Shown: positions 1-14,285 of the stretch, piece by piece
How the letters are laid out: each line of letters begins with the position of its first letter
Numbering within the stretch: the stretch's first letter is position 1
Assembly (NCBI RefSeq): GCF_009914755.1
Contig: NC_060935.1
Source of the DNA: the human T2T-CHM13v2.0 reference genome, Homo sapiens
Strand: one strand, 5' to 3'
Length of the DNA: 64,000 bases
Translations under genes and position numbers: made by a program
Notes under the pieces: model-generated
What the model was told of the DNA's origin: nothing
Database searches by the model: none
The model's input: only the letters and a program-made list of their open reading frames with translations

Positions 1-86
1 GACAGAACTCTCCAGAAGACTGGAATGCACTATATACACTAAAGCAAGATGAGACTGGTTTTATGGGGACTATGAAAACCAAAAGA

Positions 87-454
<368 letters not shown>

Positions 455-2642
455 TTAAAAAATTCAAATGCAGCTGAGAGCCATTAGCGATCCCAGAAAA
501 AACAGTGGAAAATTGAGAACCTGCTACAGTGTGGTAATGATGAAAGTATTAGCAGTGGAGGTACGGTTTATTTTAAGAAACTTGGCAGTGAAGGCAAGGG
601 GAGAAGTAGGCCATGTCTAAAGAAGGGGTATCAGGTAGATGGAGAATTTTTGCAAGATGGGACAGAATTCGAGAAATTGATATGTTTATAAACGGAGGTT
701 AAAAATGTAGCAGATAATGAGAAATTTAAAATATAGAATGTGAAGGATTTATTGATCTATAAAAGTCCTTAAGAAAGTAGTGGGTGATTAAGTGTAGAGC
801 ATGAGTAACCTTCAAAAAAATGAGGACCATCATTTGCACTGACACTAGTAAGTGTCAAATATGTAAGTTTGTGGAGAGTTATATAAGGAAATTGTTACCT
901 TTTTCTCTGTGAAGTATTTGGGGGTAATTTACTGCTGTTCAAAAGTGTAAAGTGATGGCTGCTGGCTTCCGGATACAGTAGACGTTTTCAGGAGACAGCG
1001 AATGAGAAGGGCAATTGGCTCAGTAAACAGAAATGCTATATCGCCTCTTTCAAGTAAAATTCCAAGAATAATTTTGTCAATTAATATATTTATATTGTTC
1101 AAATCAATTCTGGGGAGAATTAAATTAAATAATAGCAGTATTCATGAGTATAATGTTAGTATTTTTCAATCAAGTCTTTAAAAAATTAGATGTGTCAAAT
1201 TCATGAGAGTAAATATTCTGTAGCAAGGATACAAGTTACTGTTCCCTTTATGCTAGTATTCTGTGGTTTATTTTAAATCTCCAGTTGTCTGATTTTCAAT
1301 TCAATCTGAGAAACATTATGAAAATATTTAAGTATGAATTATTAGAGGTTGTATATCTACATGTTATGTGGATCGATGAGGACAGGGCAAACCCTCATGA
1401 TATCTGACTTTTCTATAAACCCATATGACTATTTGTGAATAGGTAACAAAGTAAAAGTCAACACGATAAATATATCTATCTCCCTTCTTACCAGCTTTAC
1501 GTGGAAAGAGGAACCTTCTCTGTCTTTGCTAGATGAGGAAGGATAGACTACAGTTCTGGAGCCATGGACTTTATAGTAAGGTAGAATTGAGCTGTGAGAT
1601 TATTTGTATGATTTATGTCTCTCTGCAGCCAAAGACAGAGCAAAAAAGAAACCACCCTCTCTCCCTATCTATAAAAATTAGAGGGCAGGAGTGTGTAATC
1701 CCAGAGGGTTTTAGTTACTAATCCAAGTAACCTGTGGTCCACAGGGACATTAAATGCAGAGGAAAATAAACCAAATTATGCATATAAATAGAAAATTTAC
1801 ACACTGTTCATAGCATTGGGGAATAGAGAGATGTACATCATTGTCTCTGGATTATAAGTGTACTGGCAAGATAGGAAAAGAAACCACTGTTCACTGGGAT
1901 CATTATGGTCACAATAAAGAGGGAAAACTTTACACCCAGTCTCTAGGCTCCTATGCCTACATTTCCACATTGAACCATAGGGAGAATGATAGATGTCCAT
2001 TCTCAAATCCATTCTTTTTCAAACACTGAGTTTTCCCCCAGTAAATGTGTCAGCTCCTGATATATTAATTTGGCCCTGTTTTGCTAGTAGCTAGGGTTAC
2101 CATGAATGAATGATGTTCTCATGTGCATGTATTCTTACTCTGTTCCCTGCTGTTTTCTTGCATTAATACTTTCAAGCACCTGATTATTGAGAGAGTTTTT
2201 TCATTTTTGTCAGTGTAGGCAGTTGACTAATGGATGCAGACACTTTACAGTCTACTAATTCTAGGTTCATAAGAAAAGTCTCACATTCAAGCCTTTTGTT
2301 TCTCCTTTATAGAGAAGCTGCACATTTGTGGAGACAGTCTTGTTTTTGTTTAGGTATCAATAATACCAGTAATTTGTTCCTCACTCAGCTATTTTTCTTT
2401 GATTTCTACTCTGCTATTACTCCTGTGCATTCCTGTTCAAGTAATTTTAATGGCTGAAAGTGTGATGGGTTCAATTGAAGCACTATATCTCTACCCGGCA
2501 TTCCCATCAACTGTTTTGACTAATACTTCCACGACAAAAATGAACTATAATCAAATCATTTTATAAGTCAGAAATAAATAATTAAAAGTTTCGCCTCTGT
2601 TGTCTTAAAGAGCTAACTATCTAGAGTTTTCACCCAAATATC

Positions 2643-3110
2643 TGTGACGGTCAGATTGTAAAATAATAAAATAGTCCCTCAGTACTCCTACCTTCTTGGA
2701 CTCAGCCCATGTTTATCCTCTGCTGTTGAGTGTGGGTAGGACCTCTGACTAACTTCTAACCAATAGAATATGGCAAAGTTGACAGGATATCATCACATAT
2801 ATGTCATATAAGATCTGTCTTTGGTGAATCAAGGTTCCATGTTTGGCAAACCTATGTGGCAAAAGACTAAGAGTGGACTCCAGCTAACAACCAGCCAAGA
2901 ACTGAACATGGCCTCCTAGCCAACATGTAGCAAGAAACTGAGTCCCTCAACTCAACAGGCCACAAGGAACTAATAGAATCTAGCAACACTTCATAAGCTT
3001 GGAAGGATAGCCTTCCACAATAAGGCTTCAAATGAGACACAGCCTTTGGAGAAAACTCAGCAAAGCTGTATTCAGACTCCTGACTTACAGGAATTCAGAG
3101 GTGTAGTGTT
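2643..3110 (+). mobile_element. Old MaLR LTR (MLT1-type), interrupted by L1
   Basis: TTGAGTGTGGGTAGGACC...TTCTAACCAATAGAATATGGCAAAG resembles MLT1F/G/H. Boundaries are approximate. Confidence 0.6.
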
Positions 3111-3117
3111 TGTGGGG

Positions 3118-4998
3118 TTTTTTTTTTTTTTTTTGCTAATTGGTTTTGAATTTTTATTTTTATTTTTAGTTCTGGAGTACATGTGCAGGATGTGCAGGTT
3201 TGTTACACAGGTAAACATGTGCCATGGTGGTTTGCTGCGACTATCCACCCATCACCTAGGTATTAAGCCCAGAATGCATTAGCTATTTTTCCTAATACTC
3301 TCCCTTTGCCCCCACCTCACCCCCTGACGGGCCCCAGTGTGTGTTGTTCTCCTTTCTGTGTCCATGTGATCTCATTGTTCAGCTCCCACTTATAAGTGAG
3401 AACATGAAGTGTTTGGTTTTCTGTTCCTGCATGAGTTTGCTGAGGATAATGTCTTCCAGCCTCATCCATGTCCCTGAAAAGAACATGATCTCATTCCTTT
3501 TTATAACTGCATAGTACTCCATGGTTTATATGTACCACATTTTCTTTATCCAGTCTATCATTAGTGGGCATTTGGGTTAACTCCATGTCCTTACTATTGC
3601 GAACAATGCTGCAATGAACATACATGTACATGTTTCTTTGTAACAGAATAATTTCTATTCCTTTGAGTATATACCCAGTAATGGGATTGCTGGGTCAAAT
3701 GGTATTTCTGGTTGAGGAATCGCCACACCATCTTCCAAAATGGTTGAACTAATTTACATTCTGACCAACAATGTAAAAGCATTCCTATTTCTCCACGACC
3801 TCACCAGCTTCTGTTTCTTGACTTTTTAATAATGGCCATTCTGACTGGTGTGAGATGGTATCTCCTTGTGGCTTTGATTTGCATTTCTCTAGTGATCAGT
3901 GATATTGAGCTGTTTTTCATATGTTTGTTGGCTGCATGAATGTCTTCTTTTGAGAAGTGTCTGTTTATGCCCTTTGCCCACTTTTTAATGGGGTTGCTTG
4001 TTTTTGTCTTGTGAATTTGTTTGAGTTCCTTGTAGATTCTGGATATTAGGCCTTTGTTGGATGAATAGATGGCAAAATTTTTTCTCCCACTCTGTAGGTT
4101 GCCTGTTCACTCTGATGATAGTTTCTTTTGCTGTGCAGAAGCTCTTTAGTTTAATTAGATCCTGTTTGTCAATTTTTCCTTTGTTGCAATTGCTTTTGGC
4201 AATTTCATCATGAAATCTTTTCCTGTGCCTATGTCCTGAATGGTATTGCCTAGATTTTCTTCTAGGGTTTTTATAGTTTTGGGTTTTACATTTAAGTCTT
4301 TAATCCATCATGAGTTAATTTTTGTGTAAGATGTGAGGAAGGGGTCCAGTTTCAATTTTTTGCAAATGGATAGCTAGTTCTCCCAGCACCATTTATTAAA
4401 TAGGGGTTCCTTTTCCCATTGCTTATTTTTGTCAGGATTGTTGAAGATCACATGGTTGTAGATATGTGATCTTATTTCTGAGTTCTCTATTCTGATCCAT
4501 TGGTCTATGTGTCTGTTTTTGTACCAGTACCATGCTGTTTTGGTTATTGCAGCCTTATAGTAAAGTTTGAAGTCCTATAGTGTGATACCTCCAGCTTTGT
4601 TCTTTTTGCTTAGGATTGTCTTGGCTATACAGGCTCTTTTCTGGTTCCATATTAATTTTAAAATAGTTTTTCTAATTCTGTGAAGAATGTCAGTGGTAAT
4701 TTATTGGGAATAGCATTGAATCTATAAATTACTTTGGATAGTGTGGCCATTTTCATGATATTGATTCTTCCTATCCATGAACATGGAATATTTTTCCATT
4801 TGTTTGTGTCCTCTCTGGTTTCCTTGAGCCGTGGTTTGTAGTTCTCCTTGAAGAGGTCTTTCACTTCCCTTGTTAATTGTATTCCTAGATATTTTATTCT
4901 ATTTGTAGCAATTGTGAATGGGAGTTCATTCATTATTTGGCTCTCTTCTTGCCAGTTGTTGATGTATCAGAATGCTTGTGACTTCTGCACATTGATTT
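3118..4998 (-). mobile_element. 5'-truncated L1PA (3' ~1.9 kb: end of ORF2 plus 3'UTR)
   Basis: Poly-T, then antisense L1 3'UTR. ORF 4658-4933 ([21 protein letters not shown]...[11 protein letters not shown]) is an L1 ORF2 remnant. Confidence 0.95.
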
Positions 4999-5047
4999 GA
5001 CTGCTCAATGATATATCATATGTAACTGCAACCCAGCTGATGATCTA

Positions 5048-5269
5048 TGTTTTAGCCTGTTTTGTGTTCCTGTAAAAGAATACCTGAGGCTGGGTAATTT
5101 GTAAAGAAACAGAGGTTTATTTGGCTCATGGTTCTGCAGGCTGTACAGAAATCATGGTGTCAGCATCAGCTCAGCTTCTGGTGAGGGCCTCATGTTGCTT
5201 CCACTCATGGCTGAAAGTGAAGGGTAGTCAAGCGAGTGCAGAGAGTACAAGGAAAGAGAGGAAGTGAGT

Positions 5270-5309
<40 letters not shown>

Positions 5310-5325
5310 AGGAGCCAGGCCTTTA
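5048..5325 (-). mobile_element. Partial MST-type MaLR LTR containing (GA)n
   Basis: AATACCTGAGGCTGGGTAATTT...GGCTCATGGTTCTGCAGGCTG MST motif; (GA)n at about 5271-5309. Confidence 0.75.
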
Positions 5326-5326
5326 T

Positions 5327-6465
5327 TCTGTATAAATTTAAGGGGTACAAGTATGGTTTTGTTACATGCATATATTGTATAGTGGTGAAGTCTGGGTTTT
5401 GAATGTAACCATTATGTGAATAATGTACATTATACCTATTAAGTAATTTATTATTATTCATGCTCATTTCACTCCCCTACCCTTCCAAGTCTCCAGTGTC
5501 TATCATTCCACAGTCCACGTCCATGTGTAAACATTGTTTAGCTCTCATTTATAACTGAGAACACCCAGTACTTGACTTTATTTCTGAGTTGCTTCTCTTA
5601 AGATCATGGCCTCCAGTTTCATCCATTTTGCTTCAAAACACAGAGTTTTGTTCTTTTTTGTGACCAAGTAGTATTCCATTGTGCACATATGCCACATTTT
5701 CTTAATCTAGTCATTCTTTGATGGACACCCAGGTTGATTCATATCTTTGTAATTGTGAATAGTGTTGTGATAAACATGTGAGTGATGGTATCTTTTTTAT
5801 ATACTAATTTCTTCTCCTTTGAGTAGATGCCCAGTAGTGAGATTACTGGATCAAATAACAGTTCTATGTTTAGTTCTTTAAGAAACCTTCATACCGTTTT
5901 CCATAGAGATTGTACTTGTATTCCCACCAAGACTGTATAAGCATTTTCTTTTCTCTGAATCCTCCCCAACATGTGTTATTTTTTGACTTTTTAATAATAG
6001 CATTTCTGACTGGTTCAAGATTATATCTCATTGTGGCTTTAATTTGTACTTCTCTGATGATTAGTGATATGGTTTGGCTCTGTGCCCCCTACCTAAATCT
6101 CATTTCAAATTGTAATCTCCAAAGTGTCAAGGGAGGGGCCTGGTGGGAGGTGATTGAATCATGGGGGCAGATTTCCTGTTGTGTTCTCATGATAATAAGT
6201 GAATTCTCATGATATCTGGTTGTTTGAAAGTGTGTGGCATTTCCCCCTTTGCTATCTTTCTCTCCTGCTCCACCGTGGTAAGACATGCTTGTTTCCTCTT
6301 TGCCTTCTACCATGAATGTAAGTTTCCCGAGTCTTCCCAGTCATATTTCCTGTTAATCCTGTGGAACTGTGAGTTCACTAAATCTCTTTTCTTTATAAAT
6401 TACCTAGTCTCAGGTGGTTCTTTATAGCAGTGTGAAAACAGCCTAATACAATTAGTGATGTTGAG
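5327..6465 (-). mobile_element. L1 3' end (L1MA/L1PB-like), interrupted by an MST LTR
   Basis: Antisense L1 3'UTR sequence that resumes (TGATGTTGAG) after the nested LTR. Confidence 0.8.
6065..6450 (+). mobile_element. Solo MaLR LTR (MSTA-like)
   Basis: TGATATGGTTTGG...CTAATACA termini; 5-bp TSD ATTAG at 6060-6064 and 6451-6455. Confidence 0.9.
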
Positions 6466-6989
6466 GAGTTAAACTTAAAAAATATGTATACTATGCTTAC
6501 CACACACCAGTTGAATTACCCTTGGACAATGGGACTTGTGATATAAAGATTGAAAATTCTTAAAATACAAGGGTACTAGGACAGAATTCTAGGTTCTCTT
6601 CATCCTGATTTTTCCAATAGCTACTTGTAATTCTTTGCAAAATTTGATTAACCTCCCTGAATCTCAGTTTCCTCAGACATGAAATGAAGATTAGGCATAG
6701 TAACCTCATTTACTGAGCACCTATGTGCCATGAGATTTGGTCCCCTCTAGCTACTGTAAGTAAAAATGATGTTTTAACTTCATATGTCTAGAAGTTAAGA
6801 ATCATAAAGGTTAAGGACCCTGTTAAACTTTATATAGATAATGAGTATCAGAGGTAAAATTCAAACACAGATTTGTCTGAAGATTTTAAAATATTTTCCC
6901 AAGTAGACAGTTGTATACCTAGGTCATTTCTGAAAGCCATAGGCATAGAAGGTAAAATAAGGAATTTATCCTTAAATATTTGTAAGTAA

Positions 6990-9900
6990 TTCTTTTATTG
7001 AAGTATACATACATCACAGTATGCAGATTACAAGCAAACTGGTTGAATTTTCACATTTGAATACATCCATGTTACCACCATCCAGATAAAGAAATGAAAA
7101 ATTACTAACAGAAGAAACCACTTTTTAAGATATTTCAACCATTATTCCTTTCTCCTCAAAGGTGATCACTCTCCTCACTTCTATCCAAATAGGTTAGTTT
7201 TGCCTGTTTTTGGATGTTATCTGATTGGATCAGTGCTGTATTTATATTAACATTGTGTCTGAGAAATTCTTCCACAGAGTGTGTATAGTTATAGTTCTTT
7301 GCTTTTTATTGCCTTGTAATGTTCCAGCGTATGACTATACCTCACCTTAATTAACTTTTCCATCCTGTTGTTGATGGATGTTGTTGTTTCTCCCATTTTC
7401 TATTGTGAATAATTCTGCTATGAATATTACTGTGCTTGGCATTACAAAACATGCATAACATATGCATACCTTTTCAATGGTTATATACCTGAGAGTGGAA
7501 TTGTTGGATGACTGAGTAGGTTTTTGTTTGGCTTTAGTAGATATGGCCAAAAAGTTTTCCACAGAAATCGTGTATAGCCATATATACTCCCACAGTGTAT
7601 ATGGCAGTGCATGGCAGTTCAAATCAATTCACATCTTTCTCTATAAGTGTCATTTCTGTTTTTGTTTTATCCTTTCTTATGGGTGTTCACTGATACTTCA
7701 TTGGAGTTTTAATTTTAATTTCTTTATGACTAATAGGGTGAAACAACATTTGATATATTTTGTGCTGTTTGGATACTCCCTTTTAAGAAATGCCTCTCCA
7801 AGCCTTTTGCCTATTTTCCATTGAGTTGTGCCCTTTTACCTTCGTCATGACTTCATCATGTCGTTGATTTCCACATGGATATCCAATAGATCTGGTATTC
7901 GTTATTAAAATAAACATTCTCTTGTTATTGCATTGTGATATCACTTTTGGTATCTATCAAATGCCTATATGTGGGTTTCTTTCTAGATTTCCTGGTGTGT
8001 CCCATTTGCCTATGTGTCTTTCCTTGCACCAATACTGCACTATCCCTGTAATATGCTTTGATGCCTGGTATTATAAGAATAAAGCTTCAACTTTATTCTT
8101 TTGCAGCAGTGCCTAGGCAATTCTATATACTTCACATTTTCACATAAATTTTAGAATAACCACTGTAGGAAAACCTGCTAAAATGTTGATTTGGGATTAC
8201 ATATATATGCCATTTTTGAAAGAACTTACTTGTTTAAAATATTAAACCTTATAATTCATGAACATGATAAATATGTGTATGTGTCTTCAATTTCTGATGA
8301 TTAATAGTTTTTTCTATCAAAACCTTTCACATATTTGATTCTCAGTTGCATGATTTCTGATGCTATTTTAAATAATATCATCTTAGAAATTTATTTTTGT
8401 TATTGATTTATAGACATACAATTGATAGTTTAATACTGTTTTTTGTATCCAGTTATCTTGCTTAATAACACCAACTACTAATAATCATTTATTCATTCAT
8501 GTCAATTATTGTATGTAGTGCTATGCCTCTTGTTCTTCCTGATTATGTAAATGCACAGTCATGTCATCTGTGAATAATTTAAGTTTTATTTTCTTTTCCT
8601 TTACTCTGCTGAGGTATTTTACTTTTCTTGCCTCATTTCAATTCTTAAGGTCTCGGATACAAAGTTAAGTAGAAGTGGTGATGTTAGGCATCATTATCCT
8701 GTGACCAAATGCATAGGGAATACTTAAACATTTCAACATTAAGTATGATTTTTGAAGAGAAATTTTCTATTTCTGGTTTACTAAGTTACCATGAATATCA
8801 ATTTAGATTCATCACTTTTTTCATATGGAGAATAATGTAGTTTTTCTCTTTATTTTATTAATGTGGTAAGATACGTTGCACGATTTTTAAATGTTCTTAC
8901 TGAGTTATTTTTGATAATATTTTGTTTGAAAGTTTTGCCTCTAAGTTAATGAGAATTTTCATTTTAATTTTTCTTGTTTTGTAATGCCCTTTCAAGTTTT
9001 GTGGACTCACAAAATAAGTTGGGAAGTATTCTTTTCTTACCCACTTTAGAAGTGTTTGTACAATTAGTATTTTTTATTTTATTGTTCTATTTTTCCCTTA
9101 CATTCTTTGGATAATTCACTAGCAAACACCTCTGAAGCTGAATATTTCATTTCAGAAAACTTTTTGAATTCACATTTGAATTTCTTTCTTCCTTACATTA
9201 GTTTAGCTAAGTCCTATTTTTAAGAAAATGTCAAATTTCATCTAAGTTTTCAAATTTATTGTTTTCAAGTTGTTCAACATATTCCTTAGCTTAATGAATC
9301 CTAGCAAACGGAATAGAACCATTAACCATCACCAAGCTTAAGACACAGAGCATTACTGACATCTCTCCTTCAAGTCAAAACCTCCTCAATGGCAACCAGC
9401 CTCCTTACTGAAGCACCGTATTTTTTTCCAGTAACTGAACTTTGTATAAATTGAATTAAACTGTACATACATTTTTGCTCCTTGAGTTTTTTACTCAATG
9501 TTGAAATGAGTGATTGTATATTCATCCATGTTGCTGTATGTAGTAGTTTTTCTCATTATCATCATTGCATAGAATTCCATTTGTGGGTATACATCAACTT
9601 ATTAGTTTGTTGACTATTGTTGGTCATTTTGTTTTTATTTTTCAATTTTGAATTACTACAAATATTGTTATTGTAAACTTTCTTGCATATTCCCTTTGTA
9701 AGCCCATGAACACATTTCTGTTGGGGTTTATCAAGAAATAAAATTTCTAGTTCATAAGGAATGCAGTTTTAACATACATGACCAAAAAGGTTTTTGTAAG
9801 GATATAGCAAACAACCCTCCCACAAGCAGTGCATGAGAATTTTAGTATCTGCATCATCACTAACACTTAGTATTGTCTCCAATTTTAGCCACTCTGACAT

Positions 9901-10810
9901 ATATGTAGTGGTGTTATGTTATGTTTTTAATTTACATTTCCTTAAAGTTGGATGCATTTTCCTGTGTGTATTGGACACATGGATATCTTCTTTTGTAAAG
10001 TAATTGTTAAAAGTTTAATCTGTTTTTTTCTCAAGATTATCTATTTTCTTATTGATTTTTGTTTATTTTTGCATGTAATTATTTTATTGGTTATATGTAA
10101 AAAGGATACAGTGAAATCTGTACTCATGCATTATGGCTAGTGGAAATGAAAGATGTCACTTTGGAAACAGTTCAGCAGGTTCTTATAAAGCTAAACATGC
10201 AGTTAGCATATGAGCCAGAAACTTCACCTAGGTATTTACCTGTGAGAAAAGAAAACATATTTTTTTGCAAAGTACTGAAGTACATATTTCTCCATAGTAG
10301 TATAAAACTAGAAATAACACAGATGGGAAAGTAATTTTAAAATAAAATATATAAACATATATTGATAAATATATAAATTAATGTATCTATAAATAAATCT
10401 TTATAGGTAAATATGTATCTGTAGATATGTAAATTTACATATTTAATTACATAACTATATATGCTATGTAATAATACTCAGCAATAAAACTTGATGCATG
10501 AAATAAAATGGCTGAATTTCAAAAGTATCATGCAAAGCAAAAGAAGTTACATACAGAGACTATATGTTTCCATTTATATAAAATTCTAGAAAAGATTAAA
10601 GTATAGGAGTTTACAGCTCCAGCCAGGGGCTGGGGGTAGAAAAGAGGGCTTATTTTATACAGGCATAAGAGAATATTTTGACTAATGAAAGTGTTATCTA
10701 TTTTGATTGTGGTGATGGTTGTACGACTGCATAAATCTGATGAAACTTTGAATTCTGTACACAAAAAAGGGTTAATTATTGTATGTATAATTTTATCTCA
10801 GCAAACCTGC
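6990..10810. mobile_element. Patchwork of old L1M fragments, both orientations
   Basis: Degenerate L1 3'UTR/ORF2-like AT-rich sequence. Boundaries are approximate. Confidence 0.6.
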
Positions 10811-10827
10811 CTTAAAAACTGATTGCA

Positions 10828-11112
<285 letters not shown>

Positions 11113-11196
11113 GATTGCATAATCAAGTATTAAACTATAATTTTAATATTATTTTAAAACCATTCTGATTATATAGTGTTGTATAAAATACCACCC

Positions 11197-13508
11197 TGAT
11201 GTGGTTTGTCTCTGTGTCCCCACCCAAATCTCATCTTGTAGCTCCCATAATTCCCACCTGTTGTGGGAGGGACCTGGTAGGAAGTGATTGAATTATGGGG
11301 GCAGGTCTTTCCCATACTGTTCTCATGGTAGTGAATAAGTCTCCCAAGAGCTGATGGTTTGATAAGGGGAAACCCTTTTTGTTTGGAACTCATTCTCTAT
11401 TTGCCTGCTGCCTTCCATGTAAGACATGACTTGCTCTTCCTTGCCTTCCACCATGATTGTGAGGCTTCCCTAGCCAAATGGAACTGTAAGTCCAATTAAA
11501 CCTCTTTCTTTTGTAAATTGCTCAGTCTTGGGTATGTCTTTATCAGCAGCATGACAATAGACTAATGCAGTAAATTGGTACCAGTAGAGCAGGACACTGC
11601 TGAAAAGATACCCCAAAAATATGGAAGTGACTTTGGAACTGGGTAACAGGCAGAGGTTCGAACAGTTTGAGGGCTCAGAAGAAGACAGGAAAATGTGGGA
11701 AAGTTTAGAACTCCCTAGGGTCTTGTTGAATGGCTTTGACAAAAATGCTGATAATGATACGGACAATGAAACCCAGGCTGAGGTGGTCTTGGATGGAGAT
11801 GAGGAACTTGTTGGGAATTGGAGCAAAGGTGACTCTTGTTATGTTTTAGCAAAAAGACTGGTGGTAATTTGCCCCACCCTAGAGATTTGTGAAACTTTGA
11901 ACTTAACAGAGATAATTTAGGGTATCTGGAGGAAGAAATTTCTAAGCAGCAAAGCATTCAAGAGGAGACTTGGGTGCTGCTGAAGGCATTCAATTTTAAA
12001 AGGGAAACAAAGCATAAAAGTTCAGAACATTTGCAGCCTGACAATGGGATAGGAAAGAAATTCTCATTTTCTGAGGAGAAATCCAAGCCAGCTGCACAAA
12101 TTTGCATAAGTAAGAAGGAGCCAAATGTTAATTCCCAAGACAACGGGGAAAATGTCTCCAGGGCATGTCAGAGACCTTTGTGGCCCCTCCCATCACAGCC
12201 TGAAGGTTTAGGAGGAAAAAGTGGTATATTGGGCCAGGCCCAAGGTCTCTGTGCTGTGTGCAGTCTAGGGACTTGGTGCCCTGCATCCCAGCTGCTCCAG
12301 ACATGGCTGAAAGGGGCCAATGTAGAGCTGTGGCTGTGGCTTCAGAGGGTGCAAGGCTCAAGTCTTGGCAGCTTTCATGTGATGCTGAGCTTGCAAGTGC
12401 ACAGAAGTTAAGAACTGAGGTTTGAGAACCTCTGCCTAGATTTCAGAAGATGTATGGAAATGCCTGGATACCCAGGCAGAAGTTGGCTGTAGGGGTGGGG
12501 CTGTCAAGGAGAACCTTTGCTAGGGCAGTGCAGAAGGAAAATGTGGGGTTGAAGTCCCCACACAGAGCCCCTACTGGGGCACCACCTAGTGGAGCTATGA
12601 GAAGAGGGACACGATCCTCCAGACCCCAGAATGATAGATCCACCAGTAGCTTGCACCGTGCTCCTGGAAAAGCTGCACTCAACACCAGCCTGTGAAAGCA
12701 ACCAGGTGGGAGGATGTACCTTGTAAGGCCACAGGGGCAGACATGCCCAAGATCATGGGAACCCACCTCTTGCATCAGTGTGACCCAGATGGGAGACATA
12801 GAGTCAAAGGAGATAATTTTGGAGATTTAAGATTTGAATGCCCTGCTGGATTTCGGATTTGTGTGGGGCTTGTAACCCCTTTGTTTTGGCCAATTTCTCC
12901 CATTTGGAATGGCTGTATTTACCCAATGCCTGTACCCCCATTGTACCTAGCAAGAAACTAACTTGCTTTCGATTTTACAGGCTCATAAGCAGAAGGGACT
13001 TGCCTTGTCTTGGATGAGACTTTGGACTGTGGACTTTTGAGTTGATGCTGAAATGAGCTAAGACTCTGTGGGACTGTTGGGAAGGCATGATTGATGTTGA
13101 AATGTGAAGAAGTGAGATTTAGGAGGGGCCAGGGGTGGAATGATGTGGTTTGGCTCTGTGTCCCCACCCAAATCTCATCTTGTATCTCCCATAATTTCCA
13201 TGTGTTGTGGGAGGGATCCTGTGGGAGGTAATTGAATTATGGGGACAGGTCTTTCCATACTGTTCTCATGGTAGTGAATAAGTCTCACAAGATCTGATGG
13301 TTTGATAAGGGGCAACCTGTTTCTCTTGGCGCTCATTCTCTCTTTGCCTGCTGCCATCCATGTAAGATGTGACTTGCTCCTCGTCTTCCACTATGATTGT
13401 GAGGTTTCCCCAGCCATGTGGAGCTTTAAGTCCAGTTAAACCTCTTTCTTTTGTAAATTGCCCAGTCTCAGGTATGTCTTTATCAGAAATGTGAAAATGG
13501 ACTAATAC
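11197..13508 (+). mobile_element. Full THE1 (MaLR) provirus, LTR-internal-LTR
   Basis: LTRs at 11197-11569 and 13141-13508 (TGATGTGGTTTG...ACTAAT). The internal region starts GTAAATTGGTACCAG and contains MaLR ORF remnants (MEVTLELGNRQRFEQFEGSEEDRKMWESLEL). Probably THE1B/C. Confidence 0.95.
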
Positions 13509-13849
13509 CCCAAATTTAGTGGTTTAAAATAGTGACATTTTATTGCTCACAACTCTGAAGTGCAGGCGAGGCTTGGTAAAGCATAGTTTGCTGCATTCAG
13601 GAACAGGATCAATTACTATAATTCAAAGGCTGGAGACTGAAGTCATCTGAAGGCCTCCTCATTTACAATATCTGGCAGTTAATAATGGTTGTTGGCCAGC
13701 ATTTCAGCTGGGGCAGTGATCAGAACACATACATGTGGCTTTTCCATGACACAGCTTGGTTTCTTCACATCATGGTGGCTGGTTTCCAAGGTGAGTGTTC
13801 CAAGTGCACAAGGAATCTGTAGGAATCAGAATTAGCCTTAAAAGATACT

Positions 13850-14285
13850 CTAGTGGATCGAATGGTGTACCTCTAAAAGCTATGCCCAAGTTGTAATCTT
13901 TGGTACCTGTGAATATAACCTTGTTTGGAAAAGGGGTCTTTGCAGATATAATTATGGTAATGATCACAAGATGAGATCATCCTGGATGAACCAGGTGAGT
14001 CCTAAATCCAATGACGATTGTCCTTTTAAGAGACAGAAAAGGAGAAGGCCATGTGAAGATAAAAGCTGAGATTAGCATCATGTAGCCACATGCCAAGAAA
14101 GATCTGAAGCCGTGACAGCTGGAATAGGCAAGGAAACATTCTCTGCTAGATTCTTTGGAGAGTGTGTGGGCTCTTGACACCTTGATTTTGGACTCTGGCT
14201 TCTAGAACAGAGATGGTACATTTGATTTGTTTTAAGCCACCAAGTTTGTGGTAATTTGTCATGGAAATTCTGGGAAGCTAACATA
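13850..14285 (+). mobile_element. MLT1C-like LTR nested in an older MLT1
   Basis: GTGAATATAACCTTGTTTGGAAAAGGGGTCTTTGCAGAT and TTTAAGCCACCAAGTTTGTGGTAATTTG motifs. Confidence 0.75.

Noticed and set aside
11470-13357. Dense cluster of 60-145 aa ORFs
   Set aside because: All lie within the THE1 provirus and are fragmented MaLR remnants.
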